A stretch of DNA of 64,000 bases, taken from the human T2T-CHM13v2.0 reference genome, Homo sapiens. Every line of letters starts with the position of its first letter. Position 1 is the stretch's first letter. Below, piece by piece: positions 47,201 through 59,738 of this stretch. Where the stretch lies: NCBI RefSeq assembly GCF_009914755.1, contig NC_060928.1; one strand, written 5' to 3'. The translations under genes were made by a program, and so were the position numbers. The notes beneath the pieces are model-generated. The model worked only from the letters and a program-made list of their open reading frames with translations. It was not told where the DNA came from and searched no databases.

Positions 47201-49449
47201 TTTAAAAAAACAAAAACTGAAAGGACAGCCAGCTTTCCAGCACCCACTATGTGTATTAAACATTCTAAGTTAATCAAATGCATTATAATTAAAATAATCA
47301 GTAAATGCATTATCATATTTAATCCTGGCTATTCTATGAAATGGAGGGCGTTATGTTCCATGGTTTTTCACTCCACAATTATTTCCTGGGTGACCACTGT
47401 CTGCCAGGCATTGGTTCAGATTAGAGACAGATTTTGGTGGGGGCGGCTCTAGACAAAGTCCCCATCCTCTTACAATTTCATCTATTAGACTAAATTAAAT
47501 GTTAATAAATGAGTGTATGAAAAATACATAATTAAAAATCATGGAAGAATACCTGAAGTTTAGAGAGATTATTCACCTGCCCAAGGTGATATTGTGATGA
47601 AGTGATGTGGCTAGGACTTGATCTCTTCTTGCATCTAAAAGTCCTGCACTTAAACATTAATATTATGAGTAATGGAAATCCATGGAACATTCTGAATTAT
47701 GGGACTGGGCAATAACCTAATTATATTCGTGTTTTACAAAGATTTCTCAGGTTAGCAAGAGAGATTAACATAGAGAAATATTGCAGATTGCAAATGGCTG
47801 TAAAAATGACAGAGCTGGGAAGGAAAAACAAAACAGAAGCCAGAAAGATATCAGATTTGTATTTTAGCTGAAGACGGCAGTAAAAGACAAGTGATGAAGC
47901 TGAGCAGGATCAATCTCCAATTGTAATATACAAACAGAAGTGTAATTGTTGCCCAAAGGCAAGAGGGATCAATTCAGAGTTACCATATTCGATTCATTTT
48001 CCTCTTTCACTGCTTCAAATGTCTTTGTGCCTCAGTTTCCTATTCTGTAATGGTTTTGCCTGTGAGCCTGTGACCTAGTTTTTGGCCAAGAGGACACAAG
48101 GGGAAAATATTCTGGCATTTGAGAAAGATTTTCCTCTGTGATTAAAAGAGAGCCCCTCTCTTCTCAGCCCCTCTGCACCTTGCTCCCCTCCTACTTTAGA
48201 GCAGAGTGATGACATCGGCTGCTTTGGGACACTGTGGCACTTTAGCCACCTGGAGGGGAGGATCGGCCAGAAGGCAGAGGTGGACTGGAAGGCAATAAGC
48301 AGCTAGATCTATGATGACATTTGTAATCTGCTTTTCAATCAAAATCAGGCTTACCAGCAAGAAAAATAATCATTGCTATTAAGTGCAGCATTATAGACAC
48401 TTAACTACATACCAGGCTCTCTAATGGGTGCTTTGCATACATTATGAAATGTGATTCTCACAACAAAAGTCCATAAGGAAATATAATTCTGTTTGACAGA
48501 TAAGGCGACAAAGGTTCGATGAGGCAAAGTCATTTCCCTGTCATCAAATGCTTCAAATACTACACTCCCTTTTGGATCAGGGAATAGTCTCTCATACCCA
48601 GAGCCACCATGAATTTCAAACTGCGTGGCGAATGGAGCTCTGGCCCCAAGAATGATCCTGCATCACAGAATGACTGGTAACAATGTACTCATCACCCCAG
48701 AAAGGATCAGTTCCCATGGTGCAGGCAGGTGGGGCTTAGGGACAGGAGGAAGGCCAGGATACACCATGCAAACCAATAAACCAAACCAAACCCCCACACA
48801 GTGAGAGGACCACCAGGGGCACCATGGCCTGTCCCTCCACAAGATGGCACTCAGGTCCCTTGTCTTCAGTTTTCATCTGTGATGTTCAGCTGTCACAGAA
48901 ACAGACTGGGGAGAAAGCACATGGCTCACTGCTCCTATCATGCTCCATATGCTTTCTAGTTGGAACACTACAGTTTCTATGTCTTTCCCTCAAGATCATG
49001 AGGTGTTGTGTTGGGGTCCTCAGAAGCTCTGCTGAGGCAGGGAGAGGGAGTGGCATGTACCACTCTCAGTGGTCTGGCTGCGTTGGGGTTTACTCAGGGG
49101 CTGCTGAAGACCACCCTGTCACAAAACATCACTGGACTTCTATGCTCTTCAAATCCTTTTTTCTGCTTGTCATGATTTTTCTTTTCTCTCTTGTCCTGTA
49201 TTCTCTTCCCTTCTCTCTCCCTCTATCCATCTTGCCTTATCTCCCCACTTCTCTTCCTCTCCTTGTACTTTTTCTGCATCTTCCCCCTCACTGTTCCTTC
49301 CATATTTTGCTACATTGCTGCATCTCATTGGTTGGCCTAGAAAATGAATAACAGTGCTTGCTTGAATTATATAAATTAAGACTAAAGAAACAAAGGGCAA
49401 AAAACTGAGACACTCTCCCATGAATATGATGCATAAAATTTAGTTTGTG

Positions 49450-49733
49450 ACACCGCATGTTCTCACTCCTAAGTGGGAGTTGAACAATGAGAACACATGG
49501 ATATAGGGAGGGGAACAACACACACCGGGGCCTGTCGGAGGTTGGGGAGAGGGGAGGAGAGCATTATGACAAATAGCTGATGCATGCGGGGCTTGAAACC
49601 TAGATGACGGGTTGATGGGTGGAGCAAAACACCATGGCACACGTTTACCTATGTAACAAACCTACATGTTCTGCACTTGTATCCTGGAACTTAAAGTAAA
49701 ACAAAATACAATAAAATTTTAAAAAAAGAAAAA
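49450..49733 (+). mobile_element. 5'-truncated older L1PA (about L1PA10/11) 3' end
   Basis: gcatgttctcactcctaagtgggagttgaacaatgagaacacatgg ... ggaacttaaagtaaaa plus degenerate A tail. Confidence 0.88.
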
Positions 49734-50998
49734 GTAGGGGCCTTCTAGTAATAAAACGTATATGGTAGGGGCACATTTAACCCATTAAGAATATAATTTG
49801 AAAAAACAAATTAGTCTGTGGTCTTTGTGACAGGACGTTGAGTTTGCAATCCAGAGGCCTTCCTTGCTTTCCCTCATCATTAATGGCATCCTTTAAAAAA
49901 AAATTCTGACCGTGAACCAGACACCGTATAAGTGCATGACATAACTTATTAATTTAATGCACATGAAATAAAATCTGTGCTATAATTTTAATTAAGCCTA
50001 TTTTGTGGAGGTGGAGCTGAGACGTTGAGCTGTAAAGTAGCTCACCTCTTATGGCATGGCTGCAAAGCAGCATAGCAGATTCTAACCAGATCTCTCTGGC
50101 TGGTTAAGCCTTCACACTAATCATACTGCTGTTCTACCTTCTTTCTGTCCCATATTTCATGTAAACACCCTGCTAGTTAGGAGCTCAGGTTAAATGAGGA
50201 GTCACTGATATTACACGCAACAGGAACTGGTTATTTTGGCATGAGCAGTACCTCACTATTGAAGAAAGCATGAAACTCTGCTTTGGAAAGACCACACGCA
50301 ACAAAACTGTTGTTAATTTAGTTCCCCATCAGTCTATCACCTGAAATGGAAATGCAACATTTTCACAGCCCTCCTCAGAACGTCATGCTCCAGCAGTCGC
50401 AGGAGAGATCTCAGACTCAATTTATAATCTGTGTTCATCTATTTGGGGGGAGCGAGTCTGAAAAGCTCTCTAACAGTTTTATTAGCTTTTATTGCAGGAG
50501 CAATTTCAGGTGTGAGTTTTCAAAGCACAAAGTATCCCTTCAGTGTACTCAGTGGAACGCTGTGTGACGCTAGTCTTTCTAATTCCAGCCCTACAGTAAC
50601 GAGCTTGGAGCAATGTTAGTATTTAATAAGGTTCTATCTTAGCGGAACGAACACTACGCTGGTGGCCTCACAGGGTTGAAATACCTTCTTCTTGAAGGGT
50701 GTTGAGAATAATCTGGCTTGTGCTTTGGTGACATAAGCAAGAATCAGACTCACTTCTTCAATGCCCAGAGTTCTGTTTTGCTCTACACTTCTTTTGGTCC
50801 TTTTAAGCAAAGAAATAAGCTTGCTTTTGTTTGATTGTTCTGTTGCTTAGCTCACCAAAGAAAACAGCCCTTCTCTTTCATCTTGGACCCTACTCCCTGG
50901 ACAAGTCATTTCACCTTGAAGACAACACTGCTTTCTTTATCTTTCTATGGCACAAGAACTTTCAGAAAAGAATCGTTCAGAACTGCTACCAGGAGAAT

Positions 50999-51175
50999 AG
51001 GGATGCTAATAAAATACAGGATGTCCAGTTAAATTGAAATTTTAGAGAAACATGACACATTTCTTACTTTTTAGTATCTGAGACATACTATACTAAAACA
51101 TTATTTGTTGTCTGTCTGAAACTCAAATTGAATTAGGTGTTCCGTATTTGTATTTGCTAAATCTGGCAAATCTAC
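50999..51175. mobile_element. MER53 palindromic hAT MITE
   Basis: aaaatacaggatgtccagttaaatt ... tgtatttgctaaatctggcaa. Confidence 0.7.
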
Positions 51176-52972
51176 ACAAGGAAAAACACATTGAGCATTG
51201 TGCTAGGCACTATATATTGGCCATCTCCCTCAATCCTCACTAGAGTATGGAAAAAAACCGAGGCCCAGAAAAACCGTCTATTACTCAGAGTGACACAACT
51301 AGTGAGAACCAGGCCAGAAATTCAAACATACATGACTTCCAAAGTCATGCTCTTTCAACCACAAAATAGCTCCAAAATCTAATCTCAGAAATCTATAACC
51401 AACACCCTCCCCCTCCTTCCTACCCAGGACACTGGGAGAGATCTGGTTTTAGAAGTAATTCAAGTAAAGTGCAAGCCAGTTTTCCAGAGGAGGCTCCCAG
51501 CCCACTCTCATTCCCTGCCACACAAGTATGTATTTTTCGGAGCACAGCTAGGCAAGCTTGCTTTTCATTTCAGCTGCAGCCGAAATCACCTTTCTCTCAC
51601 TGTATTTTAACTGCTGACACAGAACTTTGATTTACCCTCCTAAACTAAAGAGTGAAGACATTTACATAAAACAACCTACCACAGGGTGTACAAGTACTTC
51701 ATCTGCAGGAATTCTAGTGGAAATTCGACAAGACATAAAATGCTGAAATAGAAGTTCTTGAGGGATGAAAGGAGATGTGAATGTTTCACATCTAAATGTA
51801 TTTCTTTGCTTATAGAAAATGTGGACTACTCAGTTCTCCAGGGATTTAACAAATCTCCACCTTGAGCCTACTGCTCACAGCAGGTAGAGAATTTTGTCCC
51901 TGGATCCGGAGTCTGCCACCTTTACTCTGGGCATCTCTAAGAAAAGTTTCTTCACTTCTGGACCTCAGTTTCCTTAAATAGCAAATGAAGATGGTGAGAG
52001 CTCCCCTGCAGTCCTCGCAGGACTGGGTACGAGAGATAAAGGAGGCAGTGGGTATTGTCACATTATGTGAAAGTAAGGAATTATCTACTACATTCTTTTC
52101 ATGCCAGAGTGCTTTTGCACAAGCAGACCAGGATCTATTCAGCAAAGCGCTTGTATTAATATGCCAGTTATTCAGCTGGACTGACCGTATTGGGAATCCC
52201 TAAAATAGACAAATGAGTTTTCAACAAAGGTTTGAGGGCTATGCAATTTTGACTACGTCTTATCATTCTTCTTTGGCTGTTCTCACCACATCTCTTTTCT
52301 TAAATATTTCTTCCACCATGAACCGCTTCCTAACTCCCCCAGACAGAAATGCCGCCTGTTTCTTCTTTTCTGAGCAATACACTGTTCTAGAAACTGGAGC
52401 AAACAGACACTGCCCCTGCTCTCCTGGAGCACATATTCTGGTGGGAGAGTGTGAGAAAGTAAGCAAATAAGCCAATCCAGTAACAAGGTGACTCCAGATA
52501 AACATACTTGCTACCTAATTATGTTACTGAAGAAATTATTACCATGAAAGAAAGAAGGTGATGAAAGGGAAATATTCTTGGGATGGTCCATCTCATGAGA
52601 CAGGCAGAGACTCGGTTATTTATCTGACTCCCATACTAAACTGTAAATTCATCAATGACAAGAACTATTTCTTAATATCCTGCACAACTGCCTTGTGAAC
52701 GACAATCAATAGCAAAGGTAGGGGCAGATTTGGGAGAAGGTGTACCAGAGTCTCCAAGGGCACAAGCACACTTTACACTTGGAACACATTTTTTAAAAAT
52801 AAATACTTTTAATAATGCAAAATGAAATTTTATAATAAAAATGTCATTGCCAGATAAAGAAATTAAAGCCTCAAAAAAATTTCCGTGGACGATGGGAGCA
52901 GGCTTAAAGTAAGTTAATAAGCACAGATGTAAACTGTTCCTGGAACAAAACAAATGATCAAGTTAAAAGGTG

Positions 52973-53120
<148 letters not shown>

Positions 53121-53939
53121 TCAGAGTTCTGAGTATGAAAACTCAACAATTAAGGCATCCTTACCACAGTCCTCAATCACTGTAGTTGCCTAATCATTTG
53201 AGATCATGTTTAATGTATTTCATGCTGGTCTATAATTTCCTTGCAGAGTAGTCCTTGACTGGTTTTGTTCATCAATGTACTCTAACACGTAATGCAATGC
53301 CGGGTACATGGCAGACAATAAACGTGCTCAATAGTCAGTTTTATTAAAATTGAGAGTATAGCTCAATATCCAAAACTACCCAATGGATGATAGACCCAGG
53401 ATACAATCAAACTCCCACATAGAAAATATTTTATGTTGGATAATGAAATTTAACTTTGGGTTATGTTGAGCCAGAGACTGAACTGCAGGCTCCCTGGCTA
53501 ACAGCCTAAGGTTTCTCCCCAGTATCCTGATATTTCCTATCACTTTCCTCTAGTTTTTATTTTTTAATCCTTAGCACATCACTATCTAACTAGGAGAGAT
53601 TCTGCTTATCTGTCTTGTGTTTTGTCTGTCTCCTCTGCTGGAAGATAAGCACAAGGGCGAGGACTTCCATCTGTTTTGTTCCCTACTGTGTCACCGGTGA
53701 GCAGAACAATATGCGGTACATGGCTGGAACTCAATAAACGTGTTAAAGGAGTAAACATGATTGCTGTAACCACTTGCAGAGATAGGAAGAAGGAACATCC
53801 CGAACAGAGGTTCACTCTGTAAACAGTAACTAACTAGAGCACTGTCTGTGCTCCATGTCCCTACACTCTTGCCTCGATATTCTGAACAACATGCCCTCCT
53901 GAATTTCATATTCCAAATTTCCCTCATATCCCTGGAAAC

Positions 53940-54279
53940 CAGAGGCCATACATTGGAGGCCTGTGTGACAGATATAAGGCTTACACACAGAAATGTTTGG
54001 TTTGGCCCACATGGTGTTATTTAGGAATATCGAATTAGCTGCTGGCACTTGAAAGTGAGTAGATTTTACATAAAACTGTGAATTGACAGTCTATCTTGAA
54101 AAAAAAAAAAAAAAAAAAACATAACCAGGTCTGGCAAGACCAGACCTGAAGTCCCGCCTGCAGCCCCTGTGCTGGATCTGGGCTACAACCCCCACTTACC
54201 CAGGCACAGGGCCCAAGTCCTGTTCCACTCAAGCTGTTACTTGCCTGGCTGCTGAAGACATTAGAGTTTGCGACCCCTG
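53940..54279. mobile_element. hAT-Charlie MITE (MER102-like)
   Basis: cagaggccatacattggaggcc...tttggcccaca ... gagtttgcgacccctg inverted ends. Confidence 0.6.
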
Positions 54280-57239
54280 CTGGAAAACTACCAAAAAGCA
54301 TAATGTATTAGAGAAAAAGAAAGATGCCCACTGGGATCTATTTCTGTTATGTTTAGAGTATTGCTTGGAAGAATAATGTATTCATTTTTCTAGACCTCTT
54401 GTAGTAGCACATAACTATTGACAAACTACGGCCCAGTAGATATTATTCTAACGATCTGAAAAAGCTACAGACTTCATTCCCCATGGGTAGAGGAAGCTAA
54501 GGATGTTTCATGCTGGAGACAGGCCTGAAGATGAATGGGGAGAAGCTGTACATCAGTGGGTTGCAATTCTGGCTAAGTCAGGGAGAAAGGGAATTCACTT
54601 GAAGACTATGGGTTGCCTCTAGGAATTGCTGAGAAGCTGAAAAGCCAGGATTGGAAAATGAGAAGGAATGAAAGGAACCTGGGCACCAGAGGCACATCAA
54701 GATGGTGTTGCAGAAAAGGCACCTCTGGGACCACAGCTTGGGACATGCATACTGCTGCCAACGCCACTTGATCCATGATCCAAGGTGGTAAATAAACACT
54801 CCAATGTCCCTGTGCCCTTTAGCTAGTCTTTCAAGATTCCAGGCCCCAGGTGGGATCATTCAACTAAGCCCTAGTTCAGGGCTGGGAGATATGGACAAGG
54901 AGAAAGAGGCCCATCTCCCACAAAAAAAAAAAAAATCCTTCTATGAAGGGAAGGTTGTGTTCCCTAAATAGGATGTTTGGTTCCAACTGCTTAGAAGGGT
55001 TTTAAGTGAGTCTGAAGAGAGAGGGCACTACAAGCACGACTGTAGAGTGGAATAAGAACAGACAGGCCTGAATTCTAGTCTGGAATCCTTTGTACCTTTA
55101 GAAAATTAATTAAGTTTTCCGATCGGCAGATTCCAAATCCTTAAAATAGAAATGACGCCATCTGCTCTCCAAGGTTGCTGTGAAGATTCAGTCCAATCAC
55201 TCATTCAATTATTCCAAATATACTTATTGAATGTCTAAGTGCCAGGCAGGCACTGAGTTAGGTTCTGGAGACACGTTTGGAACAACACCTAAAATGCAAT
55301 GATGAGGAGCCAGTGCATTATGCTGATGAAAGATTCAGACAAGGGGGACCCGGGTCATCTCGTGACACTGGTCATGTTTTACTTTTCCCCAGTGGAGTCA
55401 CTCCCCATTTGTGACTTTTCTCCTTTTTTAAAAAAATTATTAATTAACATCAGGGCCCTCTCTTCAAACAGATTTTCTTAAGACATGTAATGTGTATTAT
55501 GTTAAAAGGAAAAACACTCTAAAAATTGACTGTGATCCTGAAAACAAGAAAGGAATCATTCTGAGAAGTAGTGAGGCCCGGTGCTTGTAGCATTCAGGTG
55601 GAGTGATCACAAGAAGAGACTGGCCAATTAAAAGAAATCTCTCCCACTTAATGTTTAGCATATGTCATTTACTCAGACATATGCAAACTATGATTAAAAT
55701 GAACATTAAAATAGATCTACGATAAAACTTAATTTTTTGTATTTTTTACCCTTTACAATTGCACAAGTGTTCTCCAATCGGCAAGATGCATTTCATATAC
55801 ATTTTCTCACTTTCTTATAATAATCTTTTCATCACTGTTTTGCAGAGGAAGAAATTTAGGGTCAGGGAGGGAGAAATTGTTGCCCAAGGTCATGGGGCAA
55901 GAAGTTGGCTTTAAATCCAGCTAGCACTCTCCTGCCTTCTGCCATAAGAAAAGAGCAGCCTCAATTGAAAGCACCAGGTCAAGTAGCCAGGTTGAGGGGA
56001 AAAAAACTGGGAATAGCCCTGATATTTTCCAGCACTAGCTGGAAAGTTACTGCATTTCCCTGGAAGCTGCTAAAAAGTTACCACTCTCCTGCAACAACTG
56101 TCTCTAACACAGGGACCCAGGCTTAGATGCAGGCCCGGAAACCTGGTGCCTGAGCACTGACCCAGCCTACAGGCTCAATTTCATCAGGACACCAGATACA
56201 TCTTACTGTGCCTTCCTCCAAACTTTAGCCCCCATAGACAGACATGATTTAGCAACCACGGTGGGGATATGCCATTGTGGGTAGCTGCTATGTTCTCAGA
56301 AAGGCAGTGTGCATGAGTGAAGCAATTTACACCACCCAGGCCATCTTTCTAGCCCCTTCCTAGTCACCATCGAGTTTCAATTCAAGGCAAGAGAAGCTTC
56401 CATGTGGCTTTTCCCTTCAGAGGCCCCCCCCCCAACCCTCACAAGATTTTTCCAGTAAAATAATTTCTTATTTTAATAAGAAAAGTACATGCTCCAACTT
56501 TTAGGGGGACCCAGGGGGGGGGGCTTGAGGCTTCATTCTAGACATAACCACAGGAAAGTAAAGAACCCTTTGCTTTTTCCGATGCCATCTCAAGATGCCA
56601 ATTTCTCACCAGCTTCTCAGAACAAAAATCTCCTATCTTAAAACTACAGAGCATTGTATACCCTGTGGCATCACAGAGGATCCACAGTCTAGAAGCACAG
56701 CTTAATAAGCCTCACTAAGGAATCTTCATCTATGCTGCTGTTGTAATTAACTGCTTCCACTTAAGAGTGCTTAGTCATGAAGTTGTCCATCCCTGTCAAA
56801 CTCAGCTGAAAGAGTTAGATGGGCTAACCAAAACCTGGAAAGACTCTTTTAGAAGCTGTTCTTTCTCTGCTTAGCGCTGGAGAAAACCTTATGTAACACA
56901 ATGGTCCATTTCAATATGTTATTTCTGCAATCCTGTGGGGGAAAATCTAAGCGCTGGATGTACAACGGGAAGGGTAAGGCAGGGATTTGCAGCGGAGCGC
57001 GCGTCTCCTGGAATTTCAGTAGGTAAGGCTTATTCTAATTGCACCCAGTGTTACCCAATATTACCAGGAATGCAGAAAGCAAGAAAAAAATCCGAACGTC
57101 AAAGGATGCGCTTTGCTTTAGAAATGCAGGGAGGCAGAAGTTGGGTTATTTCTCCCTCCTTTTTTTTTCTTTTTTTTTTAAAGATGGAATTCCTGGAATT
57201 AACCCTTGGGTGGAAGCATTTCAACAAAATAAAATGAGA

Positions 57240-59699
57240 TTTGCCTGCAAAGCGAGAACGCACGGGTGGGAATGAAGGATCCTGCCTGTGCCAGGCTGCT
57301 GCCTCAGCAGTGTCCAAGCACCCAGCGCCTGAAAGCGGGAGCGTGGGGACTCGTCTGGGGACCCTCTTCCGGGGCTACTGGCGGGAGGCGCAGCCGAGCT
57401 GGTGGTGGCGGGGTTTCCCTCCGGGGCTAGGGCTGAGGGAGGAGAAGAGGGCGGACTGGCTCCTTCCGTTCTCGGCCACCCTCCCCGCCACTCCTTGAGG
57501 CTGCTCCATGCTAACAGGAGACTGTTTCTCGGAGCGCAGCGCAAAGACAGTGGATTTGGAGTGGCCTCCCTAGAATCCCCCCAAAAGCATCTTGGCACAA
57601 GTTGTAGATAAAAATAGCTCATGATAACATTGTGGGAAAGGGAGGAGCGAGACTCGCGCAAGGCGAGGCAAGGGTACCACTGGATCTGCAAAGGAGGAGG
57701 AAGAGGGAGGATGCAACCCTTGGCCCAAGAGAGCGCCCTGAGTGTGCGAGGAATCGCTGGCTCCCAGGGGAGGGAAAGAGATGGAAGACCTATAGCGCCT
57801 ATAACTGCAGAGTTATAGACCTATAACTGCAGAGCCCAGCACACCCCATCCCGCGCCGGCACCCGGCTTTGGCTCCAGCTTCTTCTTCCCATCATCCGCC
57901 TACGTTCTGGGTCTGTCCTCCGCTTCCTGGGACAGGCTGGGGCTAGAAGGAGGAGCAGCGCGCCGTCCGCCCCCTGGCTGGTAGAGCGCACCTGGAGAGG
58001 TCAAGCTCCGCGAATAAGACCCTTCCTGGGAGCTGGGGTCTAGGCGTTCCAACCGCGGGTTCGCACCCCGCCATCCCTCACCTCCATCCGCTGCCACTAC
58101 CCAAGGGCCCGGAAATAGAAAACCACGAAGGGGGAAAAAAATCAGTAAAAAGTAACAAGAAAAAAATCAAGACCCTCATGTAATTGGCATTAGGGATGAG
58201 AGGTTTATTGTCAGGGCTGTCACCTCAATCTCTCTTTGGGAGATGCCTATCTCCAACCAAATGCAAAGGCAAACCCGACCAAGGCTTCTCCACCCCCAAA
58301 GGCTCCCTCAGCCGAGTTACTTTTGCGGGCTGTGTCCTCGCCCCAGTTTCTGGCCCCAGGTGGTACCCAGGATCCGTTGAGTGCTGCGCTCTCGCTGCCC
58401 TACGGGGTCCTATGGTGAAGCTGCGGTCGCGAAGCGGCCGGCAGGAGCGAACCTCACGACTCTGCAGGGAGGGAAAACATCCAACCCAGTAAGAGTCAGA
58501 AATCTGGTTCCCTGTCCTTACAGATCAACCGGTCCCTCGGGACTTCCAGAGCAGAGGTGCTAGGGCAGGAGGTGAGGAGGATGGGAAAATCCCCAGCCTT
58601 TGCTTCCTGGTTCCCTCTGCATCCACTCCACCTGCTCCAGCCTCGATTCTTCTTAGGTTCTGCACTTGCCCGAAGTCCAGAACGCCAGACAAAGGCACCT
58701 CGGAGCCCTCTACACCTGCGTCCTGCCACTCTCCCACCCCGCGCGCGCCGCACTCACCTGAGCCGCGCCTCTGTCCAGCCCGTCCGGCGCCCTAAATAGG
58801 CTCCTGGGCTGGGCCATGGGCAGCACTGCCGAGCACCCGCGGCGGGTAGAGCAAGTTTCTGGATGGCCCGGGGCAGGCGGGCGGGGAGAAGGCGCAGGCA
58901 CCCACTGAGACCCGGCGGTCGTGGCGGCGACTCCTGGCTGCCAGGGCGCAGAGGACCTTGCAGGCGGGCGTTTTGGTGCTCAATCCCGAGGAGGGGGAGG
59001 AGCGGGAGGAGGAGCGGGAGCAAAAGGAGGGGACGGAGGAGGCCGGGCCCGGAGGGAGAGCGCGTTGGGCAGAGGAGGATCGCGAGCGCCCACTGCTGCC
59101 CGGCCCGCTCGGGTGCCGCCCAGAGTCCGGCCCGCTAGGTGCCTGGTGCTCCGCTCTGCGCTCAGCTGCTCCGCACAGCCCCGCCTGGCACGCAGCTCCA
59201 GCGGCTGGTCGGGTAGTAGTCGGTCCCGCCCACCCGGTGCGGTGGCCCCTGGGGTTTCAGTCCAAGGGGAGGGACCAGCGCTCCAAGAAGGTGAGGCTGC
59301 TGGGATGGGTGACTCCGCCGTCACTGCAAACACGGGACGTCCCGTCTACTCCCTTACGCCTGCTTGGTCTGAGCCCGAGTCTACCTCTTCTCTAAGTCGC
59401 CAGCTCGGCACTTGTACCCGGGACCTGTGCTCCTCCCACGTGAGTCTGCACCATGCGTATTCCCTTCCTGGCAGGTGACCCACCTTAGGCGCTGGCGCTC
59501 CTTCCGCCCCCCGGGAAGCAGGAGGTGCCATCCTCTCCAATTCGCTCTGCAGCCGGACTGGGACCGGAGCGGCGGCCTGGGCCAGAATCCGCGTGAGGAG
59601 CCGGCTTCAAAGAGCGCCCTGTCGCCATTGAACACTCCTTTTCCTTTGGTTTAGCGTCGGAGAGCGGACGCCAATTTGCCAGGAGAGCGCGGAAAATTC

Positions 59700-59700
<1 letters not shown>
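57240..59700. promoter_or_regulatory. HS3ST1: CpG island / TATA-less promoter of HS3ST1
   Basis: High GC and CpG density, GC-box-like motifs, GGA-rich tract 58988-59060, CACGTG at 59437-59442. Confidence 0.9.
58758..58960 (-). other. HS3ST1: HS3ST1 non-coding exon 1 (start site approximate)
   Basis: Consensus donor CAG|GTGAGT with last exon base 58758; joined sequence CGCGGCTCAG-TAATTGAAGG matches my recollection of the cDNA. Confidence 0.85.

Positions 59701-59702
<2 letters not shown>

Positions 59703-59738
<36 letters not shown>
59703..59738. repeat. T36 homopolymer
   Basis: Directly visible. Confidence 0.95.

Noticed and set aside
48824-49351. 175-aa ATG ORF with hydrophobic end
   Set aside because: Hydrophobic part comes from a CT-rich low-complexity tract; no domain or exon structure.
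57221-59654. Many overlapping ORFs in the CpG island
   Set aside because: Stop codons are scarce in GC-rich DNA; products are Pro/Arg/Gly/Ala-rich with no homology.
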